Origin: Smithellaceae bacterium | GTDB lineage: Bacteria > Desulfobacterota > Syntrophia > Syntrophales > Smithellaceae | Assembly: GCA_963667845.2 (NCBI GenBank) | Contig: CAXXVL010000002.1 | Location: 736,001-800,000 of the forward strand | Length of the DNA: 64,000 nucleotides | Direction: 5' to 3' | Shown: one piece after another, positions 10,230 through 19,509 of the stretch | Layout of the letters: each line of letters starts with the position of its first letter | How positions within the stretch are numbered: position 1 is the first letter of the stretch | The notes under the pieces: generated by a model | What the model was told of the DNA's origin: nothing | Databases searched by the model: none | Seen by the model: the letters and a program-made list of their open reading frames with translations, nothing else | Position numbers and translations under genes: made by a program

Positions 10230-12314
10230 TCAGAATTTCACATTGAGACTGAGAAATACGACATGAACGTGATAGGAGGGATCTGCATAAGCCCCTGTCA
10301 GATAACCCGTTGCTCCCGGCACATAAAGATAGTTTCTGTACTGGGAATCTTCGGATGAAAACGACTCGTAGGCATAAGTTGCCGACAGGGCCATCATCTT
10401 CGTTATTTGATAGGTTGCTTTGGCCACGTAATTGTTCAGACGATAATTGTCCCAGGCATTGAGGTCGATGTTATCCTGGGTCTGCCCGGCGGGCAGAGGC
10501 AAGGCACCCAGCAGATACGTATAATCGATCGTCCCGTCCGACTTGATTGAATTGTGAAGCAGGCTCAGAGTTAATTTGTCCGTGATAATGGAAATGTCCG
10601 CTCCTACACCGTAGCCATACGAATTTTCCTTCGCATCGGAGGTCCAATTGAAATTCGCCGCCGTCGGTGCGGTCGCCGGATCCGTGTATGTGGTTGCCTG
10701 GCGCTGGAACTGATTCAAAGTACGCTGCTCGAAATCAAAATAACCGAACAGCCGCACGCGTTTGTGGATTTGCCAATCAGCATCGGCATTCACTTCATGG
10801 GTCTTCGTATCGTTGAGGCCGAGGATCGTATCCTTGTAATCAGTGTGCTTATACCTGTATCCGACGTTCAGGCTCAATGTATCCAGGGGAAAGAATTCGA
10901 CGGACGCCTTATAGGTATTTCTCGTCTGGGCTGCGGCATCAAACCGACGGATCCAGGGTTCGAAACTGACGGGAACAAGCGGAATGGGAATGTTGAACTC
11001 AGCCGCCCGGTCCAGATATTCATAGCCTGCTTTGGCAGTCATAAACTTAAGTCCGCTCCATTTCACCCCGAGATCGAAGAGGTTGTCCCGATTCTTCGGA
11101 ATATCTTCCCGGGCTCTCTCCGTTTTGGTGAAACTGTAAGCGCCATCGACGCGAAATTTGGCAGGCAGCTTGGCACCGACTTCAATGCCGTAAACATTTT
11201 TGCGATAGTCGAAGAGATCGTTGGTGAAGATCCCCCCGTCATTTGTTGCAATGATATCAGACTTGTTGTCTTTGTTATAATATTTGTAAAAGACTTTCGC
11301 ATTGAGAAAGGACACCGGATTAGATGTCAAGGCCAGATTCAACTGGTCTGTGTTGACGTTGCCGTTGAAATTGGCGCTGCTCAACGTAATACCGGTTAAT
11401 CCCCCCGGCACATCGGACACATAAGCGTTTGCCAGTCTCGCATGAGAACGTGCCCGGGCCAGCGAAAAGTCGGCGCTGAATTTACTATGGAAGGGCAGCG
11501 CCACCCCGCCCTTGAAGCCGATCTTCTGATAATCATTCTCCGGCGGAAGGAACAGGGTATCCACTGCAGCTGCCGTATTCGCCGTGGCCGGGTTGCGGAA
11601 ATTCTGAATCCCGTCGCCATTTTCGAAACGACTGTAAAAATAGTTGAAGGACAAGAACAGCGGCTTGGTTGAGTAACCAAAGTCCAATTTGAGGTTGTCG
11701 GTTTTATAATCAATATAAGTCGGCAACTCAATGGCAATCCCGCCGGGAGAAGTCCCGGCGGCTCCCAGAGGATACACTCCTGATTTTCTCTGCTGATCAA
11801 CATTGACATCCACATAAAAAGGATTAAGCAAATCGAATTTTAAGGCACCGCCCAGATTCTTTCGCTTGGTGGTATAGTCGAACGTGTTCCATGCCAACGG
11901 ATTGGCCACCGGCGTCGGCCCGGCGTAACTGAGATTATTTGTTCCTACACCGGAATACAGGGTTCGTGCGTCGTAGGTGAAGTTATGGGGAATTTCATCG
12001 TAATAGAACTTCATTTTGAAAATGTCCCACCAACCGGCCTCCAGCAAATAGCTCTGCGTGTCGTAGGCGATATCTTTCGACTCAAACAGAAGAAACTGTT
12101 TCGGCCTGTCATACTTCAGGTTGATGCTCCCGTACACTCCATCCCTGATATCCCGGTACTCGTTGAATTTGGCGCTTGTGTCTTTCCCTTCCCGGAGGGC
12201 GCCCGTCACCGTGATATCACCCGACAGTTTATTTTCTTTATTTTCCTGGCCATAAGCGGCTCCCCAAAGTGCCAAGATTGCGACGACTATTGTAACTGTT
12301 TTGATTCCTTTCAT
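10230..12314 (-). CDS. mtrB: MtrB/PioB-family decaheme-associated outer-membrane beta-barrel
   Basis: Signal peptide, SAKFNEYRD N-terminal motif, P.DY.T and PP.N motifs, alternating beta strands, C-terminal Phe; directly follows a decaheme cytochrome gene. Confidence 0.9.
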   Translation of the reverse strand: MKGIKTVTIVVAILALWGAAYGQENKENKLSGDITVTGALREGKDTSAKFNEYRDIRDGVYGSINLKYDRPKQFLLFESKDIAYDTQSYLLEAGWWDIFKMKFYYDEIPHNFTYDARTLYSGVGTNNLSYAGPTPVANPLAWNTFDYTTKRKNLGGALKFDLLNPFYVDVNVDQQRKSGVYPLGAAGTSPGGIAIELPTYIDYKTDNLKLDFGYSTKPLFLSFNYFYSRFENGDGIQNFRNPATANTAAAVDTLFLPPENDYQKIGFKGGVALPFHSKFSADFSLARARSHARLANAYVSDVPGGLTGITLSSANFNGNVNTDQLNLALTSNPVSFLNAKVFYKYYNKDNKSDIIATNDGGIFTNDLFDYRKNVYGIEVGAKLPAKFRVDGAYSFTKTERAREDIPKNRDNLFDLGVKWSGLKFMTAKAGYEYLDRAAEFNIPIPLVPVSFEPWIRRFDAAAQTRNTYKASVEFFPLDTLSLNVGYRYKHTDYKDTILGLNDTKTHEVNADADWQIHKRVRLFGYFDFEQRTLNQFQRQATTYTDPATAPTAANFNWTSDAKENSYGYGVGADISIITDKLTLSLLHNSIKSDGTIDYTYLLGALPLPAGQTQDNIDLNAWDNYRLNNYVAKATYQITKMMALSATYAYESFSSEDSQYRNYLYVPGATGYLTGAYADPSYHVHVVFLSLNVKF

Positions 12315-12325
12315 CGGTTCACCTC

Positions 12326-13243
12326 CTATCTAACCAGCGTTTGCCCTCTTGTGGAGGGACCTGTGCTTCCATGGACTTCCGAATGACAATTCAAACAGGA
12401 ACGGGCAAACAGCCGATTGGATTGCGACGGCTTTCCAAAAGTATTGAAGTTTGTATAGATGGTTCCCGGATGGCGTGTTGCATCATGGCAGCTCTGACAA
12501 AGTTGCGGAACACGATGGGTCAGAAGTTTCCCATGATTGCTTCCGTGAGCAGTATGGCAGGTTTGACAATTTTCTTCGACGGGCGGATGTTCCCAGAAAA
12601 AGGGGCCGCGCTTTTCGGCATGGCACTTGTAGCATAAGTCGTTGATCGATCCGGCCTTGATCATTTTTTTCTCGAGACTGCCGTGCTGGTCATGGCAGTC
12701 TGTACACTTCATTTTACCTTCGCGTACCGGATGGTGCGACTGCTTGCTGATTTGCATGCGCAGATCACGATGACAGGATATACATAAATCCGGCTGAGCG
12801 GTCTTGAGATTCATCCTCTTTCCGGAATGGACCGTATGGCAGTTGTCACACGAGACGCCTGCTGATTTATGGGCGCCCATATCCCATTGCGCGAGGGTGC
12901 GCGAAGCGGCGTGGCACTCCAGGCACCTGGCTGATTTTGCGCTCCCGTCAATTTTTTTGTCCCTGAAAATCAAAATATCGACACCCCCGCCGCCGCCTTT
13001 TTCGATATGGGATTTGCCGTCTCCATGGCAGGATTCACAGCCCTCGGCGTTAGCAGGACTTTTACCGATCGCTTTTTTCGCGTGGGGAGAATTGATATAA
13101 CTGTTAAAATGACTCGAATGACAGGCTTTGCACGTTTCCACTCGGCCACCCTTTTCCGCACTGATAGCGTGCCTGGGAATGACCAGGAAACTAATCAGGA
13201 GCATAATGGAAAAGACGACAAACGCCAGGAATTTTCTTTGCAT
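12326..13243 (-). CDS. mtrA: DmsE/MtrA-family periplasmic decaheme cytochrome c
   Basis: Ten CxxCH motifs (CKACH, CESCH, CLECH, CDNCH, CISCH, CTDCH, CYKCH, CQTCH, CQSCH, CLNCH); HAEKRGPFFWEHPPVEENC signature; signal peptide. Confidence 0.95.
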   Translation of the reverse strand: MQRKFLAFVVFSIMLLISFLVIPRHAISAEKGGRVETCKACHSSHFNSYINSPHAKKAIGKSPANAEGCESCHGDGKSHIEKGGGGGVDILIFRDKKIDGSAKSARCLECHAASRTLAQWDMGAHKSAGVSCDNCHTVHSGKRMNLKTAQPDLCISCHRDLRMQISKQSHHPVREGKMKCTDCHDQHGSLEKKMIKAGSINDLCYKCHAEKRGPFFWEHPPVEENCQTCHTAHGSNHGKLLTHRVPQLCQSCHDATRHPGTIYTNFNTFGKPSQSNRLFARSCLNCHSEVHGSTGPSTRGQTLVR

Positions 13244-13813
13244 TGCAACCCCCTTTTGATACGACGCACGCAACGACCCTATTCATCCCGCTTTTTAGCC
13301 ACACGAGATCCGAAGTCTAAAGCCATGACCTTCCCGGCCTGCGGTTGGTACAGTGCAGACGACAATTGGTTTCTCAACAACGGAAACGGTTGGCCCTGCC
13401 AACGGGTACTAATTCACTGCAAATACAAACAAAAACACCACTGATGAAAATAACGTAGGACTTCATCCGAAATTGTCAAGCGTCTGCCAATTTTTTTTAA
13501 GGAGGGGCGATGACGATGAACTTTTCTGATAAATACCGGTCATTTTCTTAAGATTAGAGTGGCAAATTAGATTCACAATGATTTGAATTTTGATAAAACT
13601 TGATTTCCGTTACGGATGTCTTTACATCAAGCACGGAGCCGTTGGGTAAGCAAAAGACGCTCCTCTTGACAAATACCCTTTTCTCCCTAATATGTATTCA
13701 TAGATTCATTCTTCCATTGTATTGTATGTGATCGCCTAAGCCGACGTTCACTTTTTTGTGAAAACCAAAACGCCGGATTTTCATCCGACGTGCCTTGAGC
13801 AGTGGAGGTTAAT

Positions 13814-14875
13814 ATGGAGAAGTGCGACACTCATTTCCTTAAGCGTACTTTCGTGATGATCTTAATTGCGGCCGGCGTTATTTTCACCGCCGCGTATGGT
13901 CAAGCTCAGACCGGAAAAGCTTATATTTCAACTCAAGATGGATCTAAGCTGCTCGTCTTTAATCTTGCCGATCACCAGCTGATCAAATCCATTGACATCT
14001 ACACCCCAAGCCCCCTGGCGCAGGTCCTTCCGCCTAACGCCAACGACGTCATCGCCGTGGGTAATTACATTTTCATGACGGTTCCGGGCGCGGAAATATC
14101 GAAGTCCGGCATTAACTCGCTCAAAGTTATCGATACGCGCTCCGATACGGTTGCAGACACGATCAAGACGGACATGACCCCTTCCGGGCTTCTCGAATAC
14201 GAAGGAAGCATTTACCTGGTGAATCGTTACGGCAATACGATCCAGGAAATCGATCCGAAAAGCCTGAAAATTGTCCGGACCATCCCTTTTAAGACGCCCG
14301 GACAAACGCCGCTCAACAATCCCTTTTCCATGGAAATCGCCAATAATAAAATCTACCTTCCCTTCCCGGGGGGCCTCGCCAGACCGGGGATCATTCAGGT
14401 GCTCGACCTGAAGACGGGCAATCCCATTAAGACCATTGAATTCAGTACAATCAGCCCATACGGCCCTCTGGCAATCAAAAAAGTTACTGAAGGCAAAATA
14501 TACCTGGGAGGTATCCGAAGCATAGGCGTTCTCGATACCCAAACCGACATCATCACCAGGAGCATCACCCTTTCCGGGAGAGAAATTTATGTTCAATCCT
14601 TCGCGGTATACGAGGGAAAGGTTTTTGCGGCAAACGGTGTGAGTACGGTGAGCGTTATTGATCCTCAGTCGGATACACTCCTGACGGAAATCGATACGGG
14701 CTATCACGACTATGCCTGTCACCTGAAGGCGGGGATTGCGGCCGCTCAAGACAAAATCTTCGTGGCAGATGCAGGGCGCGGAATCAAAATCATTGACGCC
14801 AAATCGAATAGGCTTATTCTAACGATTGTTTCCCCTGAACCCTTGGGACCCGTTGCTATCGTCGATACGAAATAA
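13814..14875 (+). CDS. Secreted YncE/YVTN-like beta-propeller protein
   Basis: Signal peptide (AYG-QA); repeated V.VID blade motifs; GGAGG RBS before ATG 13814. Confidence 0.75.
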   Translation: MEKCDTHFLKRTFVMILIAAGVIFTAAYGQAQTGKAYISTQDGSKLLVFNLADHQLIKSIDIYTPSPLAQVLPPNANDVIAVGNYIFMTVPGAEISKSGINSLKVIDTRSDTVADTIKTDMTPSGLLEYEGSIYLVNRYGNTIQEIDPKSLKIVRTIPFKTPGQTPLNNPFSMEIANNKIYLPFPGGLARPGIIQVLDLKTGNPIKTIEFSTISPYGPLAIKKVTEGKIYLGGIRSIGVLDTQTDIITRSITLSGREIYVQSFAVYEGKVFAANGVSTVSVIDPQSDTLLTEIDTGYHDYACHLKAGIAAAQDKIFVADAGRGIKIIDAKSNRLILTIVSPEPLGPVAIVDTK

Positions 14876-14897
14876 CTTGCTACCAGTGTTTAGAAGC

Positions 14898-14930
14898 AAA
14901 AGGCCGAGAGACTCGTCTTCTCGGCCTTTT
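14898..14930 (+). terminator. Intrinsic terminator
   Basis: AAAAGGCCGAGA...TCTCGGCCTTTT. Confidence 0.8.
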
Positions 14931-15139
14931 GCCTATTTTCGCCATAGCCCCGCCGGATCCTGCCTTTACTGCCTTCTCTATTCGAAATTGATCCCGACGA
15001 CCATTGCAAATTTTTGCACCCCATAAATCCAGTTTTTTTACCCTGACGTCTTTCCCCGACAGGTTGTTTTTTCCTCTCTTTTTGCCCCCCTTAAACTGTC
15101 ATTGTATATCATTCTGCGAACACTCATTGGAATGGCCGG

Positions 15140-15418
15140 CAATAGGAATACCGCTTTTTTTGAAAACGAAAAGCGGGCAGCACGCTCGTAAAAACCTGCT
15201 GCCGGATATCGCCCCTGATCGCTGAAACAATTGCCGCTCATCCGTGGCTCAAATACGCGGTAAGGGTGTTGCTCCTGCCTTTGATCGGCTTCAGCCTGCT
15301 GGCATTACAGATGAACCTGCCTGTAGCCTTCATCGTTACAATCATGGTCTTCGCAGTCGTTGGGTTTACAGACCGGGAAATCATCTACCGCTATAGAAGA
15401 AAGCTATTAAAAAGTTAG
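15140..15418 (+). pseudogene. Frameshifted remnant of a CFI-box-CTERM-like C-terminal domain
   Basis: LKTKSGQ, then a frameshift, then LVKTCCRISPLIAETIAAHPWLKYAVRVLLLPLIGFSLL, a TM segment and a basic tail; no start codon and no CFIA box. Confidence 0.55.
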
Positions 15419-15450
15419 GCAATGAATAAGATGTGAACAAGGGGTTTGAT

Positions 15451-15484
15451 TAAAACTCCCATGCTCCGAAAGAGCATGGGAGTT
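15451..15484 (-). terminator. Terminator downstream of lemA
   Basis: AACTCCCATGCTC-CGAAA-GAGCATGGGAGTT. Confidence 0.8.
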
Positions 15485-15520
15485 CGTTGTTGAACGGATG
15501 TCTGACTTTCAAAAATCAGC

Positions 15521-16093
15521 CTAGAATTTCACTTTTGGCGCCGCCTTGGCTTCCTTGGGTGCTTCAAAGAAGGCCGCTTCTTTAAATCCGAACATTCCGG
15601 CCACGAAATTTGCTGGGAAGGTTCGAATCGCCTGATTGTATATTTTCACCGCCTCATTGTATCTCATTCTTTCCACGGCAATCCTGTTTTCCGTTCCGGC
15701 CAGTTCATCCTGGAGCTTCATGAAGTTCTGATTCGATTTCAGATCCGGATACCGTTCCACGACGACCATCAGACGGCTCAAGGCGCCCGTCAGTTCATTA
15801 TTGGCAGCAATCTTGTCGGGAACCGTAACGGCCCCACCCACTTTGGAACGGGCGTTGGTCACTTCCACCAGAACATCTTTTTCCTGCTTGGCATACCCCT
15901 TCACCGTTTCCATGAGGTTGGGAATTAAATCATAACGGCGCTGTAATTGATTTTCAACCTGGGACCAGGCCGCCTTGATCCCGACGTCCATTTGCACAAA
16001 TTTGTTGTAGTTGCCGGCAAACAGCGAATATAAAGCAATAGCCAGCACAGCAATGACTGCTACTACAATAATAATCTTCTTTCCTGATGACAT
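15521..16093 (-). CDS. lemA: LemA family protein
   Basis: N-terminal TM; QRRYDLIPNL, ERYPDLKSNQNF and ELAGTENRIAVER motifs. Confidence 0.97.
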   Translation of the reverse strand: MSSGKKIIIVVAVIAVLAIALYSLFAGNYNKFVQMDVGIKAAWSQVENQLQRRYDLIPNLMETVKGYAKQEKDVLVEVTNARSKVGGAVTVPDKIAANNELTGALSRLMVVVERYPDLKSNQNFMKLQDELAGTENRIAVERMRYNEAVKIYNQAIRTFPANFVAGMFGFKEAAFFEAPKEAKAAPKVKF

Positions 16094-16115
16094 ATGTCCT
16101 CCTCCACGTGTTTAA

Positions 16116-16841
16116 TTATAGACTATCTACTGCAAGACAAATTTTTTCCACTTCGCTTATATATTTTTTAAAAAGCAAAATCACCTCCGCCGATGAAAGC
16201 TTGTCCGTTCCCTCCTTGATGCTGAAACAAGACAGGAAGACCTGCTCATTCAACTGAAAAATGTTGCTCATTTCCTTAATCGTTTCACCCTTTTTATGAT
16301 GAACAGCGCCCGTCTTTAAGAAAATAAGTGCATTGAATATCGAGACAAACGCGGTGAGCGATTTGCCGATCAGGTTCCGCAGGGAGCGCACCGACCCTTC
16401 CGATTCGAGATATCCTTCTCTCAGCAGCAATATCTTTGCTTTCAGCTCGCGCTCGATTTGCAGGCGCAGATCCTGCGGCTGGAATGTCAGCGCCGCAAGC
16501 ACATTTTCCCCATAAATCAAGACGGAATTATTCTTCATGTTGAGAAATTCAATCGGATAGGAATCCAGAGATGATTCGATAAAGGCCTTCGTCATAACCA
16601 GCGGTACCGCCACATTGCGTTTTCTCCAAGTTTTGACCAGAACGAGCGCCTTATCCAGATGGTTGATCCCTTCGGGCGTCAAAACAACCAGGACATTGAT
16701 ATCCGACTTCCCCTTCACGTAGGAACCGCCAGCAGCGCTGCCATAAAGCATGAGCGAAACCAGATCCTTGCCATAGGCCTGGACATAGTCCTGTGTTAAA
16801 GGAATAAAAATATCTTGAGGTTGCTCAGGTATCTTTGTCAT
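16116..16841 (-). CDS. Pol-beta-superfamily nucleotidyltransferase-like protein
   Basis: LYGSAAGG...SDINVLVV motif; ATG 16841 after GGTGGT. Confidence 0.75.
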   Translation of the reverse strand: MTKIPEQPQDIFIPLTQDYVQAYGKDLVSLMLYGSAAGGSYVKGKSDINVLVVLTPEGINHLDKALVLVKTWRKRNVAVPLVMTKAFIESSLDSYPIEFLNMKNNSVLIYGENVLAALTFQPQDLRLQIERELKAKILLLREGYLESEGSVRSLRNLIGKSLTAFVSIFNALIFLKTGAVHHKKGETIKEMSNIFQLNEQVFLSCFSIKEGTDKLSSAEVILLFKKYISEVEKICLAVDSL

Positions 16842-16909
16842 ATTAACCACCTTAAATGTTGATGTCTGAAATGCCTGTCCCGCAGAACTGCGAAATCGCA
16901 TGCCCGGCG

Positions 16910-17707
16910 CTAAAAATCACGCCCGGCTCCGCCTCCGCCGCTCCCCCCGCCGCCGAATCCGCCAAAACCTCCGCCGAATCCGCCACCGCCGCCGCCTCGC
17001 CCGCTGCCGCTGACCAGAAGAAGCAGTATCCAGGGCAACATGGACCGACCCGTTTTTGTTCCCAGAAGCACGACTGCGGCAATGAGGAAGATGATGATGC
17101 CGACGATATTAAAGCCTTTGTTTTTTTCCGGACGGGCTTTCGTCCGGTAGGGACCGGCCACCCCGGTCAACTGCACACCCTTATCCTTGGCGATGTGAGC
17201 ACCGCAGGCCAGCATTGCATTATAGAGGGCCTTGCCTGTTTCACCGGCTTTGAGTTGCGGCACGACGTATTTATCCAGGATTTCTCCGATAATGCCGTCC
17301 GTCAAAACGCCCTCAACACCGTAGCCGGTTTCAATACGGATCTTTCTTTCTTTGACGGCAAGAAATATCAGGACACCCCTGTCTTCGCCCTTCTTCCCGA
17401 TCCCCCAGGCTTTATACAGACCATTCACATAAAGACTGATTTCTTCCGTTGGCCCCAATTCCGTTACTGTTGCCACGACCACTGCGGCGCCCGTTTTCTG
17501 CAAAATTTCCTGGGCCAAAGATTCCATTTTTGCAGCATTGTCCGGGTCAATGACATTGGCAAAGTCATTAACGGCTGTTCCTCTGGGGGATGGATATTTT
17601 TCGGCCGCAAGCGCCATACCGGCCGCGAGCATAATAAAGATTGCCGCATACAGGCAGAGCAACGTTTTGCATCCACGATAAAAGCGATAATGATATTTAA
17701 TTTCCAC
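16910..17707 (-). CDS. TPM-domain (YgcG-like) membrane protein
   Basis: VNDFA, WGIGKKGEDRGVL, RIETGYGVEG; TM segments; Gly-rich tail. Confidence 0.92.
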   Translation of the reverse strand: MEIKYHYRFYRGCKTLLCLYAAIFIMLAAGMALAAEKYPSPRGTAVNDFANVIDPDNAAKMESLAQEILQKTGAAVVVATVTELGPTEEISLYVNGLYKAWGIGKKGEDRGVLIFLAVKERKIRIETGYGVEGVLTDGIIGEILDKYVVPQLKAGETGKALYNAMLACGAHIAKDKGVQLTGVAGPYRTKARPEKNKGFNIVGIIIFLIAAVVLLGTKTGRSMLPWILLLLVSGSGRGGGGGGFGGGFGGFGGGGSGGGGAGRDF

Positions 17708-17860
17708 CGATTACCTTAAAAAGAATATTCTATCCGTATTAGCTGCTTTCAGGGGCCTGACTATTGCGTAAACCTCATCCGCTGTCAAGCCGGAAATATA
17801 AGCAACAGATATTGCTTGCGCAAGAGGGCGTGAGCTAATATTAATAAAATTAAAACCCTT

Positions 17861-19420
17861 ATGACGCCGAGAATCATTTTAATCCATCCGCCCATCGTGA
17901 AGCCCTCTGAACCGCCGGCAGGAATTGCCAAATTGTCGGCCTGCCTTACAGCAAACCGCGTCGAACACCAGATACTTGACGTCAATCTTGAGGGCATGTT
18001 GTTTCTCATGCGCGCAAGTGCTCAATCCCGCGCCCTCTCCGACCGCTGGAGTGTTCGCGCCTGTAAGAATCTGGAAGCCAATCTGGCTGCACTGCAAAAC
18101 AGCAGCACATTCGACAACCAGAGCCGTTACTCCCGCGCCGTTCTGGATGTCAATCGCGCCCTGATGCTGGCCGGAAAACCCTTTGGAGTTAACTTGTCCT
18201 TGTCGGATTATTCAGACAACAATTTGTCCCCGGTGAAAATCGCCGATTTGATTCGGGCTGCAGAAAAACCCGAAGCCAATCCGTTCTATCCATACTTTGC
18301 CGGACGTCTGAGGAAAGCGCTTGCAGAATCGCCGGAATTCCTGGGCTTTTCACTTAACTTTTTAAGCCAGGCACTTTGCACAATGGCCATGATCGGCTTT
18401 ATCAAGAAGGTCCACCCCCGGCAAAAGATTATTATGGGTGGATCCCTGACGACGTCATGGGTACAAATTACGAGCCGCGTTGATCTCTTTCCCGACCTCG
18501 TTGACAAAGTTGTGGCCGGCGCCGGAGAAGAAACGTTACTGACGCTATTGGGGATTGACAACGCAACTGGCGGTCCCTCCACTGATTACGACCTCTTTAC
18601 GGAGGATCGTTATCTTGCTCCGGGCTTCATCCTTCCTTACAGCGCGGCGCGGGGTTGCTGGTGGCGCCGGTGCGCGTTCTGCCCGGAAAAGGCCGAAGCA
18701 AATCCTTATCTGCCCCTGTCCGAGGCGTGCGTTACCGAAGAACTACCAACACTCACGAAAAAAACGAATCCGTCACTCATTCATTTTCTTGATAGTTCCA
18801 TCGCACCTTCACTTTTAGAAGCGCTGACGAAGAAGCCGCCCGGTGCACCGTGGTATGGGTTTGCCCGCGTTTCGCGGCATTTGACAGATGAAGGCTTTTG
18901 CAAAGCACTGAAAACAAGTGGCTGCGTCATGTTGAAACTCGGCATTGAATCCGGCGATGAAACCGTTCTTACCGCACTGAACAAGGGCATCGATCTTGGC
19001 ACGGCTTCGCAAGCTTTAAGAACATTGCAGCGGGCGGGCATTGCCGCTTATTGCTATTTCTTATTTGGCACGCCGCCGGAGAACGAGTCCGCCGCCTACA
19101 AGACTCTGGACTTTGTTTCCCGACACCATGACTGTATCACTTTTCTGAACCTGGCCCTTTTCAATTTACCAGCCGGCAGTCCGGAAGCCCAAAGCCTCAT
19201 TACGAGAGATTTTTACGAAGGAAGTTTATCACTATACAAAAGTTTCCATCATCCGATGGGCTGGCAACGGCGGGACGTCCGGAATTTTCTCTCCAGAATC
19301 TTTACAAAGCATCCAGCTATCGCACCGATTGTGAATCGCACGCCGGAATTTTTCACATCCAACCATGCGCCGTTTTTTACTTTTCCAAATAAACTATCTC
19401 AATCTATTGACAACATCTAG
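17861..19420 (+). CDS. B12-binding-type radical SAM protein
   Basis: CxxxCxxC (CWWRRCAFC), LGIESG, YFLFGTPPE; N-terminal region resembles a cobalamin-binding domain. Confidence 0.85.
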   Translation: MTPRIILIHPPIVKPSEPPAGIAKLSACLTANRVEHQILDVNLEGMLFLMRASAQSRALSDRWSVRACKNLEANLAALQNSSTFDNQSRYSRAVLDVNRALMLAGKPFGVNLSLSDYSDNNLSPVKIADLIRAAEKPEANPFYPYFAGRLRKALAESPEFLGFSLNFLSQALCTMAMIGFIKKVHPRQKIIMGGSLTTSWVQITSRVDLFPDLVDKVVAGAGEETLLTLLGIDNATGGPSTDYDLFTEDRYLAPGFILPYSAARGCWWRRCAFCPEKAEANPYLPLSEACVTEELPTLTKKTNPSLIHFLDSSIAPSLLEALTKKPPGAPWYGFARVSRHLTDEGFCKALKTSGCVMLKLGIESGDETVLTALNKGIDLGTASQALRTLQRAGIAAYCYFLFGTPPENESAAYKTLDFVSRHHDCITFLNLALFNLPAGSPEAQSLITRDFYEGSLSLYKSFHHPMGWQRRDVRNFLSRIFTKHPAIAPIVNRTPEFFTSNHAPFFTFPNKLSQSIDNI

Positions 19421-19460
19421 ATGTTGTGTTTAATAACGCTAATCATACTACATGTAGTGT
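19407..19460 (+). promoter_or_regulatory. nrdJ promoter with two NrdR boxes
   Basis: TTGACA 19407-19412; box 1 CATCTAGATGTTGTGT (19414-19429) and box 2 ATACTACATGTAGTGT (19445-19460) match acaCwAtATaTwGtgt, 31 bp apart start to start. Confidence 0.9.
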
Positions 19461-19509
19461 TTTTTAATTACTTAATCTTTTAATCAGTGTTTCAAAGGAG
19501 TTCACTTCC

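Noticed and set aside
16856..17719. 287-aa Ala-rich plus-strand ORF
   Set aside because: Antisense to the Gly-rich TPM gene.
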